Source: Bacillota bacterium
Lineage (GTDB): Bacteria > Bacillota_I > Bacilli_A > RF39 > UBA660
Reading direction: 5' to 3'
DNA length: 64,000 nucleotides
Assembly (NCBI GenBank): GCA_015059445.1
Contig: SVAK01000003.1
Coordinates: 55,058-119,057, forward strand
The notes below the pieces were generated by a model that saw nothing but the letters and a program-made list of their open reading frames with translations, searched no databases and was not told where the DNA came from. Shown here in pieces: positions 8,237 to 17,817 of this stretch. Each line of letters begins with the position of its first letter. Within the stretch, counting starts at the first letter, position 1. A program made the position numbers and the translations under genes.

Positions 8237-9395
8237 AGAAAAAATTATATGGATTAAAATTGAAACTAATAACTATTACAAAGTTTTAATTAAATTGAAT
8301 AATATTGGAGTTACTTTATATGATAATGAAAAAATTAAAGATTGCATTTTGATTAAGACAACTTATTCCGATTATAAAAGAATAAAAAGGTATTTAGTTA
8401 GTTATAAAATATCTATTTATAGTAGCTCTGGATTAGAGAAAACTTTAGGAATTTTAAAAAAATATGAAGTGTTTGTAGTAAGTATTATTATTGGAATAAT
8501 TATTTTATTTTTGGCTAATAATATGATTTTTAAAGTTGAAGTAAAAAGTTCTAATAAAGGCATTCAAGAATTGCTTGTTAGAGAATTAAACCAATATGGG
8601 TTAGGAAAAATGAAATTAAAAAAAAATCATAAGAAAGTTGAATTGATTGTAAATAAAATATTGGATGATAATAAAGATAATTTAGAATGGCTAGAAGTTA
8701 AATATGAAGGTTTAATTATGATAGTTAATGTTACAGAGAAAACAAAAACGGAAAATAGTGAAGAATATCCAAGATGTAATATAGTAGCTAGTACTGATGC
8801 CAAAATAACTAGTTTAAATATTTATCGGGGAGTCCCTTTAAAAGAAATTAACGATTATGTTTTAAAAGGTGAGGTTATATTAAGTGGTGATATAATACAT
8901 AATGAGGAAATAAAAAACACAGTTTGTGCTAGTGGAGAGATTTATGGAGAAGTTTGGTATAATGTAAAAGTTGAAATTCCTTTTAAAGAAAGTTATGTAA
9001 AATACACTGGAAAGAATAGATATAATTTAAGTATTGAATTGGATGATAATAAATATCAAATATTTAGAAGTAGAATCATGAAAATGAAAGAAGAGAAGAC
9101 AAATTTATATAAATTAAATGATTTTGAAATTAATTTGGTTAAAGAAAAAGAATATATTACTGAAACGAAAATTTTAAGTGAAGAAGAAGCTTATAATAAA
9201 GGCATAAACAAAGCTTTAGAAAAAGTTAATTTAACTTTAGAAGATAATGAAGAAATATTGCTTAAAAAAGTTTTGAAAAAAGATGTAAATGATAGTAAAA
9301 TATATTTAGAGATATTTATTGTAACAAAAGAGAATATTGGGGTGTTACAAGTAGTTCGAGAGGAAGTTGAAAATGGTGTCGAATCTAATACTTAA
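8229..9395 (+). CDS. yqfD: YqfD-like (stage IV sporulation) membrane protein
   Basis: 388 aa with a single TM helix near residue 80. The architecture is YqfD-like and the gene sits in the yqfC-yqfD-...-ybeY-dgkA-era-recO synteny. Confidence 0.55.
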   Translation: MYREKIIWIKIETNNYYKVLIKLNNIGVTLYDNEKIKDCILIKTTYSDYKRIKRYLVSYKISIYSSSGLEKTLGILKKYEVFVVSIIIGIIILFLANNMIFKVEVKSSNKGIQELLVRELNQYGLGKMKLKKNHKKVELIVNKILDDNKDNLEWLEVKYEGLIMIVNVTEKTKTENSEEYPRCNIVASTDAKITSLNIYRGVPLKEINDYVLKGEVILSGDIIHNEEIKNTVCASGEIYGEVWYNVKVEIPFKESYVKYTGKNRYNLSIELDDNKYQIFRSRIMKMKEEKTNLYKLNDFEINLVKEKEYITETKILSEEEAYNKGINKALEKVNLTLEDNEEILLKKVLKKDVNDSKIYLEIFIVTKENIGVLQVVREEVENGVESNT

Positions 9396-9987
9396 AGTTT
9401 TTAACAATATCTGGCCAATGTTAGTAGTATTTATAGTAGCTATTGCATTATTAAGATTCTTTTATTTACAAAATCATCGGGAAAAATTTTGTTTTTATAA
9501 AGAATTTTGGTATTTAATATCGATAGTATATATTTGGTTATTATTTGAGATACTGACGATGACGGAACTTAATGGTGCTTCTGGAATGAATTTAACGCCA
9601 TTTTCAGAAATACTTCGGTACGAATTTGGGACAAAAATGTTTAATTATAATGTTTTAGGTAATATGATTATCTTTATTCCATTTGGTTATTTAATTGGTA
9701 TGTATGTTAATCCTAAAAAAATATGGCCGGTAATTATTACAACATTAATTACAAGTGGCGTAGTAGAATTTGTCCAACTTAGAATTGGAAGATCTTTTGA
9801 TATTGATGATATTATTTTAAATGTAATTGGCGGTATTGTAGGTTATTTGATATTTATTGGTGCAAGTGCAATAAGTAAGCGATTACCAGACTTCTTAAAA
9901 AGTGATTTAGTAAAAAATATTATCTGCATTGTATTGATTTTATTATTTGGTATATATATATTTGGTTATTGGGGAGTTATATTTTAA
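9367..9987 (+). CDS. VanZ-family membrane protein
   Basis: 206 aa, multi-TM, with the C-terminal VanZ-like motif RIGRSFDIDDIILNVIGGIVG. Confidence 0.6.
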   Translation: MKMVSNLILKVFNNIWPMLVVFIVAIALLRFFYLQNHREKFCFYKEFWYLISIVYIWLLFEILTMTELNGASGMNLTPFSEILRYEFGTKMFNYNVLGNMIIFIPFGYLIGMYVNPKKIWPVIITTLITSGVVEFVQLRIGRSFDIDDIILNVIGGIVGYLIFIGASAISKRLPDFLKSDLVKNIICIVLILLFGIYIFGYWGVIF

Positions 9988-10436
9988 TGAATGATTATAG
10001 TATTACAAATGAATATGGTTATGAAAAAGATTATAGTTACTTAGATAGTGTTATAGAAAGAACTTTGAAGCATGAAAAAGTTAAGAATGCAACATTTAGT
10101 GTTGTATTTGTGGATAATGATAAAATTCAATATTTAAATAAAAATTATCGTAACATTGATAAAATTACTGATGTTATATCTTTTGCATTTGAAGATAATG
10201 CTAAAGTAGTGTATAATAATGTAAGGTTTTTAGGGGAGATTTATATATGTATCCCTAGAATGATTGAGCAAGCAAAAGATTATGGTCATAGTGAAACAAG
10301 AGAACTTGCTTTTTTAACGGTTCACGGTCTTTTACATTTGCTTGGATATGATCACATGGAAGAAGACGAAGAAAAAGAAATGTTTGCATTACAGGAAGTG
10401 ATTTTAAATGAAGATGAACGAACAAAAAGAAACTAA
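9987..10436 (+). CDS. ybeY: Endoribonuclease YbeY
   Basis: It carries the HGLLHLLGYDH zinc-binding motif. The ATG at 9987 gives MNDYSIT...; the track's 9969 is a TTG alternative. Confidence 0.9.
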   Translation: MNDYSITNEYGYEKDYSYLDSVIERTLKHEKVKNATFSVVFVDNDKIQYLNKNYRNIDKITDVISFAFEDNAKVVYNNVRFLGEIYICIPRMIEQAKDYGHSETRELAFLTVHGLLHLLGYDHMEEDEEKEMFALQEVILNEDERTKRN

Positions 10437-10809
10437 TTTATTGAAAAACATGCTAAATAAATGTAAGTATACCTTACAAGGTTTATCTTATTGTTTTAAA
10501 AATGAATCAAGTTTTTTATTTGTAGCTATGATTGCATGTTTAGTAATAATTTTGGGGATTTTGTTTGATATCGCCTTTTTAGAATGGGTAATATCATTTG
10601 GAAGTTTAGCATTTATATTAATTATTGAGCTTATAAATACTGCGATTGAAGCTACGGTGGATATGGTTACACAAGAATATAATGAATATGCTAAAATTGC
10701 TAAAGATTGTGGTAGTGCCGCAACAGGAATAATGAGTGTATTAGCAACTATTGTAAATTTAATTATTTTTATTCCTTATTTTATAGAATTATTTATTGGG
10801 TTGTTTTAG
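10408..10809 (+). CDS. dgkA: Diacylglycerol kinase (prokaryotic DgkA family)
   Basis: 133-aa 3-TM protein with the LIIELINTAIEATVD motif, in the conserved position after ybeY. Confidence 0.8.
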   Translation: MKMNEQKETNLLKNMLNKCKYTLQGLSYCFKNESSFLFVAMIACLVIILGILFDIAFLEWVISFGSLAFILIIELINTAIEATVDMVTQEYNEYAKIAKDCGSAATGIMSVLATIVNLIIFIPYFIELFIGLF

Positions 10810-10816
10810 GTGAAAT

Positions 10817-11698
10817 ATGAAGAGTGGGTTTGTAAGTATAGTTGGTAGACCAAATGTTGGAAAAAGTACTTTGCTAAATAGTATAATTGATCGTAAAGTA
10901 GCAATTACTTCCAATGTTTCTGGAACAACTAGAAATATAATTGAAGGAATATATCATGAAAAAGACACACAAATAATATTTGTGGATACACCAGGAATAT
11001 CTAAGCCATTAAATAAATTAGGAAAAGTTTTAAACAAACAAGCTATTGCATTAACTAAAGATGTAGATTTGATTTTGCTAGTAGTAGATATAAAATCTGG
11101 TATTGGTAAAGGCGATAAATTTTTGATGGACTCTTTACTGGATAATAAAATCCCTGTAATACTTGTTATTAATAAAATTGATATGGTATCGAATGAAACT
11201 TTAATAATGGCAATCAATGAATTTAAAGATTATCCATTTGCAGAAATAGTACCAGTGTCGGCTTTGGAAGACGATAATGTTTCTCATTTAATTGAAGTTA
11301 TTAAAAAATATTTAAAAGATGATATTAAGTATTACAACGATGATGTAATTACAAGTAGTAGTGTGCCTTTTATGGTTGGAGAACTTGTAAGAGAAAAATT
11401 GCTTCAAAATACTCAAGAAGAAATACCACATTCAATTACTTGTCATTGTACTAATATTGAAAATAAAAAAGATATTGTGAATGTTAATGTAGATATAATT
11501 GTTGATAAGCCAGGACTAAAAAAAATAATTATTGGTGCTGGTGGAGAGATGTTAAAAAAAGTCGGTTCTTTAGCACGTAAAGATTTAGAAGAAATGTTAG
11601 GCAAAAAAGTATATTTAGAATTATTTGTTAAAGTAGTAGAAAACTGGAAAGATAAAGAAAGATATTTAAAAGAACTAGGTTTCTTTGATTATGAATAA
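10817..11698 (+). CDS. era: GTPase Era
   Basis: It has the GRPNVGKST G1 box, DTPG, and NKID, plus a C-terminal KH domain. 293 aa. Confidence 0.92.
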   Translation: MKSGFVSIVGRPNVGKSTLLNSIIDRKVAITSNVSGTTRNIIEGIYHEKDTQIIFVDTPGISKPLNKLGKVLNKQAIALTKDVDLILLVVDIKSGIGKGDKFLMDSLLDNKIPVILVINKIDMVSNETLIMAINEFKDYPFAEIVPVSALEDDNVSHLIEVIKKYLKDDIKYYNDDVITSSSVPFMVGELVREKLLQNTQEEIPHSITCHCTNIENKKDIVNVNVDIIVDKPGLKKIIIGAGGEMLKKVGSLARKDLEEMLGKKVYLELFVKVVENWKDKERYLKELGFFDYE

Positions 11699-11742
11699 AA
11701 ATTTTAACACCTTCCCATTATATTAATAGGAAGGTGATTTTA

Positions 11743-11823
11743 ATGAATAAGAAGGAAGCTTGGGAAAAGTTTAAAAATAGTGGAAAAGTGGAAGATTATT
11801 TAAATTATAAAAAATGTAAATAG
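11743..11823 (+). CDS. yqzL: YqzL-like micro-protein (26 aa)
   Basis: The product is MNKKEAWEKFKNSGKVEDYLNYKKCK, which fits the W-x2-F-x3-G-x-[IV]-E-x-YL pattern of YqzL. It sits between era and recO as in Bacillus. An AGGTGA RBS is present. It is missing from the ORF track. Confidence 0.55.
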   Translation: MNKKEAWEKFKNSGKVEDYLNYKKCK

Positions 11824-11836
11824 AATTGGTGATGTA

Positions 11837-12568
11837 GTGATTACAGATGTAGAAGGGATTATTTTAAATGTCACTCCTTTTGGAGAAACTTCTAAAATAA
11901 TTAACGTTTATACCAAACAATATGGTGTGATAGGCATTATGTGTAAGGGGGCAATGGGGATTAAAAGTAAACTTAGAAGTGTTACCCAAAAACTTACATA
12001 TGGTATTTTTAATATTTATTATAAGAAAGATAAACTTTCTACATTGGTATCTGTTGATATAATTAATCCCTTAAAAAAAATAAAAGAAGATATTTTACTT
12101 ATTAGTTATGCATCTTATTTGTGTGATTTGGTAGGCCAAGTATTAAAACAAACAAGTGATAAAATAATATATGATGATTTTATAAACGTTCTTTTAAAAA
12201 TAGAGGAAGGGTTAAATCCTATTGTTATGACTAACATTTTAGAAGTAAAATTATTGGATTGTTTAGGTGTTGGGCTTAATCTTACCAGCTGTATTATGTG
12301 TGATAATAAAAAAGAAATTGTCACCTTATCAAGTGAAAAAGGTGGCTTAATTTGTAAAAATTGTTATACACAGGAAAGAGTAGTACCTATAAGCATTGTG
12401 AAAACATTAAATATGTATTATTTAGTGGATATAAAAAGTGTTAGTAAACTAGCTATTAAAGAGGATGTTATTAATGAAATCAATAAGTTTTTAACAAGTT
12501 ATTATGATGATTACACTGGATTATATTTGAAGAGCAAGGACTTTTTAAAAACAATTCAACAATTATAA
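11837..12568 (+). CDS. recO: DNA repair protein RecO
   Basis: GTG start. The N-terminus MITDVEGIILNVTPFGETSKIINVYTKQYG matches the RecO N-terminus, and there is a C-terminal CxxC...CxxC zinc motif. Confidence 0.85.
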   Translation: MITDVEGIILNVTPFGETSKIINVYTKQYGVIGIMCKGAMGIKSKLRSVTQKLTYGIFNIYYKKDKLSTLVSVDIINPLKKIKEDILLISYASYLCDLVGQVLKQTSDKIIYDDFINVLLKIEEGLNPIVMTNILEVKLLDCLGVGLNLTSCIMCDNKKEIVTLSSEKGGLICKNCYTQERVVPISIVKTLNMYYLVDIKSVSKLAIKEDVINEINKFLTSYYDDYTGLYLKSKDFLKTIQQL

Positions 12569-12596
12569 ACTATTGATCTTTTTCAATAGTTTTTTT
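12568..12596 (+). terminator. Terminator after recO
   Basis: Stem AACTATTGA/TCAATAGTT with loop TCTTT, followed by a T6 run. Confidence 0.65.
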
Positions 12597-12665
12597 GTCA
12601 AATAATTGTTTGTTTATTGTTATCTTAAAAAAATTAAATTATACTATAAATAAGGTGGTGTTGTA

Positions 12666-13307
12666 ATGGCAGATATGGTGTTTAAGTACGGCGCTATGAA
12701 TGGTGGTAAAACATTAAATATTTTGCAAACAGTTTATAGTTATGAAGAGAATAATTTCAAAGTAATAGTAGTAAAATCTATTAAGGATACTAAAGGCGAA
12801 GATACTATTTTATCTCGTAATGGTATGGGGAGAAAAGTTGATATTTTACTTAAAGATAATGAATCTTTATTAACAGAAAAAAATTATCAAAAATATTATA
12901 CTGCAAAAGTTATTTTGGTTGATGAAGTAGAACTATTAAATGAAAGCCAAATAAAAGAATTGTGGATGATTGCTCATTTAATAAATGTTCCGGTAATATG
13001 TTATGGTTTAAAAAGTAATTTTAGAGGAGATATATTTAGCGATGGAATAGCCCAAATATTTGCTATGGCTGATCATATTGAAGAAATTGGAAGTAGCAGT
13101 TTGTGTCGGTGTGGAAAAAAAGCAACATTTAACGCTCGTAAAGAAAATGATGTTTTTACTGATAAAGGTCCGCGTATAGTGATTGATGATGGCACTAACA
13201 AGGAATTTGAATATGTAGCTTTATGCTCTGATTGCTATTTAAAGTATGTTAAAATTGGTAGTGATGAAGCGAAAAAATTAGCAAATTTGGTTGATAAAAT
13301 TAAATAG
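12666..13307 (+). CDS. tdk: Thymidine kinase
   Basis: It has the GAMNGGKT P-loop and the C-terminal zinc motif CRCGKKATFNARK...CSDCY. Confidence 0.9.
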   Translation: MADMVFKYGAMNGGKTLNILQTVYSYEENNFKVIVVKSIKDTKGEDTILSRNGMGRKVDILLKDNESLLTEKNYQKYYTAKVILVDEVELLNESQIKELWMIAHLINVPVICYGLKSNFRGDIFSDGIAQIFAMADHIEEIGSSSLCRCGKKATFNARKENDVFTDKGPRIVIDDGTNKEFEYVALCSDCYLKYVKIGSDEAKKLANLVDKIK

Positions 13308-13450
13308 ATAATATATAATTGTAGACATACAAGTGATGACGGCGTGGAAAACCAGAGCTATATAAATATAAGTGATTCTTCTAAGAATAATTAGGGTGGA
13401 ACCGTGGGCATTTGCTCACCCCTAGATGATTTTTAGAAGTTTTTTTATTA
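13291..13450 (+). promoter_or_regulatory. Promoter plus a compact T-box leader (putative glycine specifier) for glyQS
   Basis: The promoter is TTGATA(13291-13296), a 17-nt spacer, then TATAAT(13314-13319), inside the tdk 3' end. The T-box core AATTAGGGTGGAACCGTGGG lies at 13389-13408. It is followed by the terminator GGGTG...CACCC and a T-run. The element TGATGACGGCGTGGAAAACC has GGC as the candidate specifier. Confidence 0.5.
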
Positions 13451-13464
13451 GAAGGAGAGATATT

Positions 13465-14835
13465 ATGGAAAAAATTACAATGGAAAAAATGGTTAATTTC
13501 TGTAAGCAATATGGTTTTATATTTCAAGGAAGTGAAATATATGATGGACTTGCTAATACTTGGGATTATGGTCCTTTAGGAAGCAGATTAAAAAATAATG
13601 TAAAGGATGCATGGAGAAAGAAATTTATACAAGAAAGACCTAATGCTTATGAAGTAGATGCTGATATTTTAATGCATCCAAAAGTTTGGAAAGCATCTGG
13701 ACATGTTGATTCTTTTGCAGATCCATTAACTGATTGTCGTGAGTGTAAAACAAGACATAGAGCAGATAATTTAGTAAATGACTTTTCAAATAGTAGCATT
13801 GGTGATGCTATGAGTAATGAAGAACTTTTAAATTATATTAATGAAAATAAAGTCCCTTGTCCAAAATGTGGTAAAACTAATTTTACAGAAATAAGACAAT
13901 TTAAATTAATGTTTGAAACATTTAGAGGGGTTACGCAAGATGCTAAAAGTGTTGTTTATTTAAGACCTGAAAATGCGCAAGGTGAATATGTTAATTTTTT
14001 AAATGTTCAAAGAAGTATGAGAGCTAAATTACCGTTTTCTATTGGACAAATAGGAAAGGCATTTAGAAATGAAATAACTCCTGGTAATTTTACATTTAGA
14101 ACCATTGAATTTGAACAAATGGAATATCAAACGTTTTGTAAAGAAGGTATGGATGAAGAATTATACGAGTATTTTAAAGAATATGGTAAAAAATTCTATA
14201 TGACTTTAGGAATCCCAGAAGAGAAATTAAGATATCACGATCATGAAAAACTAGCACATTATGCAAAATCTGCCTGTGATATAGAATTTTTGTTCCCATT
14301 TGGATGGGGGGAAATAAACGGTACTCATAATAGAACTAATTTTGACTTAACCCGTCATCAAGAATATAGTGGCAGAAGTATGGAATATTTAGATCCAGAG
14401 ACTAACGAAAAATATATACCTTATATTATCGAATCAACTTATGGACTTGATAGAACTATTTTAGCATTGTTATTTAATGCATACCATGAAGAAACATTGG
14501 AAGATGGATCAACTAGAGAAGTTTTAAGTTTACATCCATATTTAGCACCTTATAAAGTAGCAGTACTTCCATTAGTTAAGAAATTTCACTCCGAAAAAGC
14601 TTTAAAGGTGTATAATGAATTATCAAAACAATTTATGACGAATTATGACGAGTCAGGAAACATTGGAAAACGTTATAGAAGACAAGATGTAATTGGTACT
14701 CCTTTCTGTATAACTATAGATGACAATACATTGAATAATAATACTGTAACGGTTCGAGACAGAGATACAATGGAACAAATAACACTTAACATAGATGAAG
14801 TAAAGGACTATATTGAAAGTAAAATGGTCTTGTAA
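13465..14835 (+). CDS. glyQS: Glycyl-tRNA synthetase (alpha2, class II)
   Basis: Counted from the ATG at 13465 with a GAAGGAGAG RBS, the N-terminus is MEKITMEKMVNFCKQYGFIFQGSEIYDGLANTWDYGPLG. There is a C-terminal anticodon-binding domain. The track's 13426 start would run into the T-box. Confidence 0.9.
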   Translation: MEKITMEKMVNFCKQYGFIFQGSEIYDGLANTWDYGPLGSRLKNNVKDAWRKKFIQERPNAYEVDADILMHPKVWKASGHVDSFADPLTDCRECKTRHRADNLVNDFSNSSIGDAMSNEELLNYINENKVPCPKCGKTNFTEIRQFKLMFETFRGVTQDAKSVVYLRPENAQGEYVNFLNVQRSMRAKLPFSIGQIGKAFRNEITPGNFTFRTIEFEQMEYQTFCKEGMDEELYEYFKEYGKKFYMTLGIPEEKLRYHDHEKLAHYAKSACDIEFLFPFGWGEINGTHNRTNFDLTRHQEYSGRSMEYLDPETNEKYIPYIIESTYGLDRTILALLFNAYHEETLEDGSTREVLSLHPYLAPYKVAVLPLVKKFHSEKALKVYNELSKQFMTNYDESGNIGKRYRRQDVIGTPFCITIDDNTLNNNTVTVRDRDTMEQITLNIDEVKDYIESKMVL

Positions 14836-14885
14836 AAGTTAGTTTTATTTGATAAAATTAAAGAGTAATCTAGGGAGGATTAGTT

Positions 14886-15296
14886 ATGGCACTTAGTAAA
14901 TTAAAGAATTTATTTAAAGACGATGATGATACTGAAGTAATTGGCACAGAAGACGAGTATTATGCAGTATCAGAAGCAGATGCATTAAGAGAAGCTGATA
15001 AAGTGGGAAATAAAATGATTTTATTAGAACCACGTTCATTTTCAGAAGCTCAAGCTATTGCAGATCATTTAAAATCTCGTAATAGTGTTGTTGTAAATTT
15101 AAAAAGAGTTACATCTGCACAAGCAAAAAGAATCATTGATTTTCTAAGTGGTTGTATATATGCTATAGGTGGAAACATGCAAAAAATTGGTGTAGGAATT
15201 TATTTATGTACTCCAAAAAATGTTAATGTTCAAGGCAAAATAACTGATGATGCTGATAAATCAAAAAATGGAGCAGAAGACGAATTAGAGTGGTAA
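14886..15296 (+). CDS. sepF: Cell division protein SepF
   Basis: It has the SepF signature LLEPRSFSEAQAIADHLKSRNSVVVNLKRV...IIDFLSGCIYAIGG. Confidence 0.85.
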   Translation: MALSKLKNLFKDDDDTEVIGTEDEYYAVSEADALREADKVGNKMILLEPRSFSEAQAIADHLKSRNSVVVNLKRVTSAQAKRIIDFLSGCIYAIGGNMQKIGVGIYLCTPKNVNVQGKITDDADKSKNGAEDELEW

Positions 15297-15314
15297 AGAA
15301 ACGGTTGTGAGTTT

Positions 15315-15740
15315 ATGAGAAAATTTAATAATAGTTTTCTAGGATACAATAAAAATGAAGTTAATTCTTTTGTTAAAAATGTTACAACTGAATATGAAAG
15401 TATGCTCAATAATTTAAAGATGCGTGATAAAGAAATAGAATCTTTAAAAAAAGAATTAGAGCATTATAAAAATATTGAGAGTACTTTAAATAGAGCAATT
15501 TTAATAGCAGAGGAATCATCACAAAATATTAAAAAAACAGCATTTGATGAATCTAAAGTTATTATAGAAGACGCTAAAAGAAATGCTTCACGGATAATAA
15601 ATAATGCTTTATTAAAGGCTGAAAAAGTCGAAATGGAAGCTAATAACTTAAAAAGACAAGTAGCTTCATATAAGAGAAGATACAAGAATATTTTAGAAGA
15701 ACAATTAGATCAAATAGAGAGATTGGATTTAGATAACTAA
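15315..15740 (+). CDS. divIVA: DivIVA-domain protein
   Basis: The N-terminal DivIVA motif is FNNSFLGYNKNEVNSFV, followed by a coiled coil. It sits downstream of sepF as in the ylm cluster. Confidence 0.65.
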   Translation: MRKFNNSFLGYNKNEVNSFVKNVTTEYESMLNNLKMRDKEIESLKKELEHYKNIESTLNRAILIAEESSQNIKKTAFDESKVIIEDAKRNASRIINNALLKAEKVEMEANNLKRQVASYKRRYKNILEEQLDQIERLDLDN

Positions 15741-15762
15741 GTGTAGGTTTCTACACTTTTTC
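15740..15762 (+). terminator. Terminator after divIVA
   Basis: Stem AGTGTAG/CTACACT with loop GTTT, followed by a T5 run. Confidence 0.6.
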
Positions 15763-15820
15763 TTGTACTTTAAAAGAATTAATAGTATACTTTATTTAGA
15801 ATATAATGTATGGAGGATGT

Positions 15821-16612
15821 ATGAAAGTAAGAGTTTTAAGTGCAGCGATTGTGCTTGCAATATTAATTCCATTTATTTGTATCGGAGGTTATCCATTTGC
15901 TATAGTTGTTGGCGTAGTTAGCGTATTGGCTTATAAAGAAATATTAGATTTAAAAAAATCGCATAAAGATATACCTAATGTGGTTAAAGTATTAGGATTA
16001 TTAGTATTAATTTATTTAGTTTTAGGAAATTATGGTATTAACTCACTTGATTTTGCTGTTAATTATCCAAGAATTTTATTGCCATTAATCCTCTTATTGT
16101 TACCAACCATCTTTTATAAAAAAGAGGAATACACAACAAAGGATGCGTTTTATTTTATAGGAACAACACTTTTATTAGGTATGTTATTCAATTTATTAAT
16201 AGTTATTAGAAATATTAATGTATATCTATTATTATACTTATTAAGCATTACAATTTTTACAGACACATTCGCTTATGTAATTGGATGTTTAATTGGTAAA
16301 CATAAAATGGCACCAAGTATAAGTCCAAAGAAATCATGGGAAGGTGCTGTAGCAGGTTTGATTGGTGGTACAGCTATATCTGTAATTTTTTATTCAAATT
16401 TAATCGGTGATTTTAGTTTAAAATTAGTATTTATTACTATGATATTATCTATCGTTGGTCAAATGGGAGATTTAGTATTTAGTAAAATAAAAAGAGAAAA
16501 TGATATAAAAGATTTTTCAAATATTATGCCAGGTCACGGTGGTATATTAGATAGATTAGATAGTATATCATTTGTAATATTTGTTTATGTAGTATTAATA
16601 TGGTTCTTATAA
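15821..16612 (+). CDS. cdsA: Phosphatidate cytidylyltransferase
   Basis: Multi-TM protein with the C-terminal GHGGILDRLDS signature. The ATG at 15821 follows a GGAGGA RBS. Confidence 0.9.
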   Translation: MKVRVLSAAIVLAILIPFICIGGYPFAIVVGVVSVLAYKEILDLKKSHKDIPNVVKVLGLLVLIYLVLGNYGINSLDFAVNYPRILLPLILLLLPTIFYKKEEYTTKDAFYFIGTTLLLGMLFNLLIVIRNINVYLLLYLLSITIFTDTFAYVIGCLIGKHKMAPSISPKKSWEGAVAGLIGGTAISVIFYSNLIGDFSLKLVFITMILSIVGQMGDLVFSKIKRENDIKDFSNIMPGHGGILDRLDSISFVIFVYVVLIWFL

Positions 16613-16627
16613 GGAGATGATTACAAC

Positions 16628-17680
16628 ATGTGGTTTTTAACATTAATAGTATTTGTATTTATTTTAGGATTAATTGTTTTAGTTCATGAACTAGGACATT
16701 TCTTATGGGCTAAAAAATTTGGTGTTTATATTTATGAATTTTCTATTGGTATGGGTCCTGTAGTATATTCTAGAAAAGGAAAGAAAGATGGAATTTTATA
16801 TAATATAAGAGCTCTTCCTATTGGTGGTTTTGTATCAATGGCAGGGGAAGTTTATGAAGATGATAAGAAAGTCCCTAAAGATAGATGTTTATGTAATAAA
16901 CCGGTATGGCAAAGAGTTATAGTAATGGCTGCTGGAGTTATTAATAACTTTATAATGGCTATAGCAGTATTACTTATTATGGCATTATTTTGGGGAAGTA
17001 ATTCTTTAACTCCTAAAATAGAAGCAGTTGAGGATAATTATCCGATGGCTGAAGCTGGGATTGTCAAAGGTGATGTAATACTTGCCATTAATAATCATAA
17101 AGTAAGTACTTGGGATGAAGCTCAAATTGTATTACATTATAAAAACAAAAATGACTATTATGAGTTTAGAATAGAACATGAAGATGGCACAATTGATAAT
17201 TATAAAATTACTCCAAAGTATGAAGAAGTAGAAGACGGAAGCAAACAACCTGTTTTTGGAGTGCATATTAATCAAGAGAAAACTTATGGTTTATGGAATA
17301 AAATTAAATATGCTTTTGAAAAATTTTTTGCAGTTGTATCTTCAATGTGGTTAACTATAGCAGGACTAATTACAGGTAAAATTTCAGTTGATGCTTTATC
17401 TGGGCCTGTTGGAATTTATACAGTAGTAGGTCAAAGTGTTAGTTATGGATTATATTATGTTATTTATTTAATTGCATATTTATCAATAAATGTAGGAGTT
17501 ATTAATATCTTACCTTTCCCAGCATTTGATGGCGGAAGAATATTATTCTTAATTATTGAAAAGATAAAAGGTAGTCCGGTGAATCAAAAATTTGAAAATT
17601 GGTGTCATACTATTGGATTTGCTTTATTAATGTTATTAATATTGTATGTAACAATAAATGATATAATTAAATTATTTTAA
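16628..17680 (+). CDS. rseP: RIP metalloprotease RseP (site-2 protease, M50)
   Basis: It has the HELGHF zinc motif and a PDZ segment. The cdsA-rseP order is conserved. Confidence 0.9.
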   Translation: MWFLTLIVFVFILGLIVLVHELGHFLWAKKFGVYIYEFSIGMGPVVYSRKGKKDGILYNIRALPIGGFVSMAGEVYEDDKKVPKDRCLCNKPVWQRVIVMAAGVINNFIMAIAVLLIMALFWGSNSLTPKIEAVEDNYPMAEAGIVKGDVILAINNHKVSTWDEAQIVLHYKNKNDYYEFRIEHEDGTIDNYKITPKYEEVEDGSKQPVFGVHINQEKTYGLWNKIKYAFEKFFAVVSSMWLTIAGLITGKISVDALSGPVGIYTVVGQSVSYGLYYVIYLIAYLSINVGVINILPFPAFDGGRILFLIIEKIKGSPVNQKFENWCHTIGFALLMLLILYVTINDIIKLF

Positions 17681-17705
17681 GTAAGCGCATAGCTTACTTT
17701 TTTTA
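17679..17705 (+). terminator. Terminator after rseP
   Basis: Stem AAGTAAGC/GCTTACTT with loop GCATA, followed by a T-run. Confidence 0.65.
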
Positions 17706-17732
17706 TTACTAAAAAAATGTTATAATGTTAGT

Positions 17733-17809
17733 GTTCTTGTAGCTCAGTTGGATAGAGCGTATGCCTCCGACGCATAAGGTCGAGAGTTCGATTCTCTCCA
17801 AGAACACCA
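17733..17809 (+). tRNA. tRNA-Arg (anticodon CCG)
   Basis: The acceptor stem GTTCTTG/CAAGAAC is followed by the D-arm GCTCAGTTGGATAGAGC. The anticodon stem TATGC/GCATA carries the loop CT-CCG-AC. The T-arm is GAGAGTTCGATTCTCTC, followed by an encoded CCA. A TTATAAT -10 box lies 10 nt upstream. Confidence 0.9.
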
Positions 17810-17817
17810 TAAAATTA

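Noticed and set aside
13426-13464. Extended N-terminus of glyQS proposed by the ORF track (MIFRSFFIRRRDI)
   Set aside because: It would translate through the T-box antiterminator/terminator and has no RBS. The ATG at 13465 follows a GAAGGAGAG RBS and matches GlyRS N-termini.
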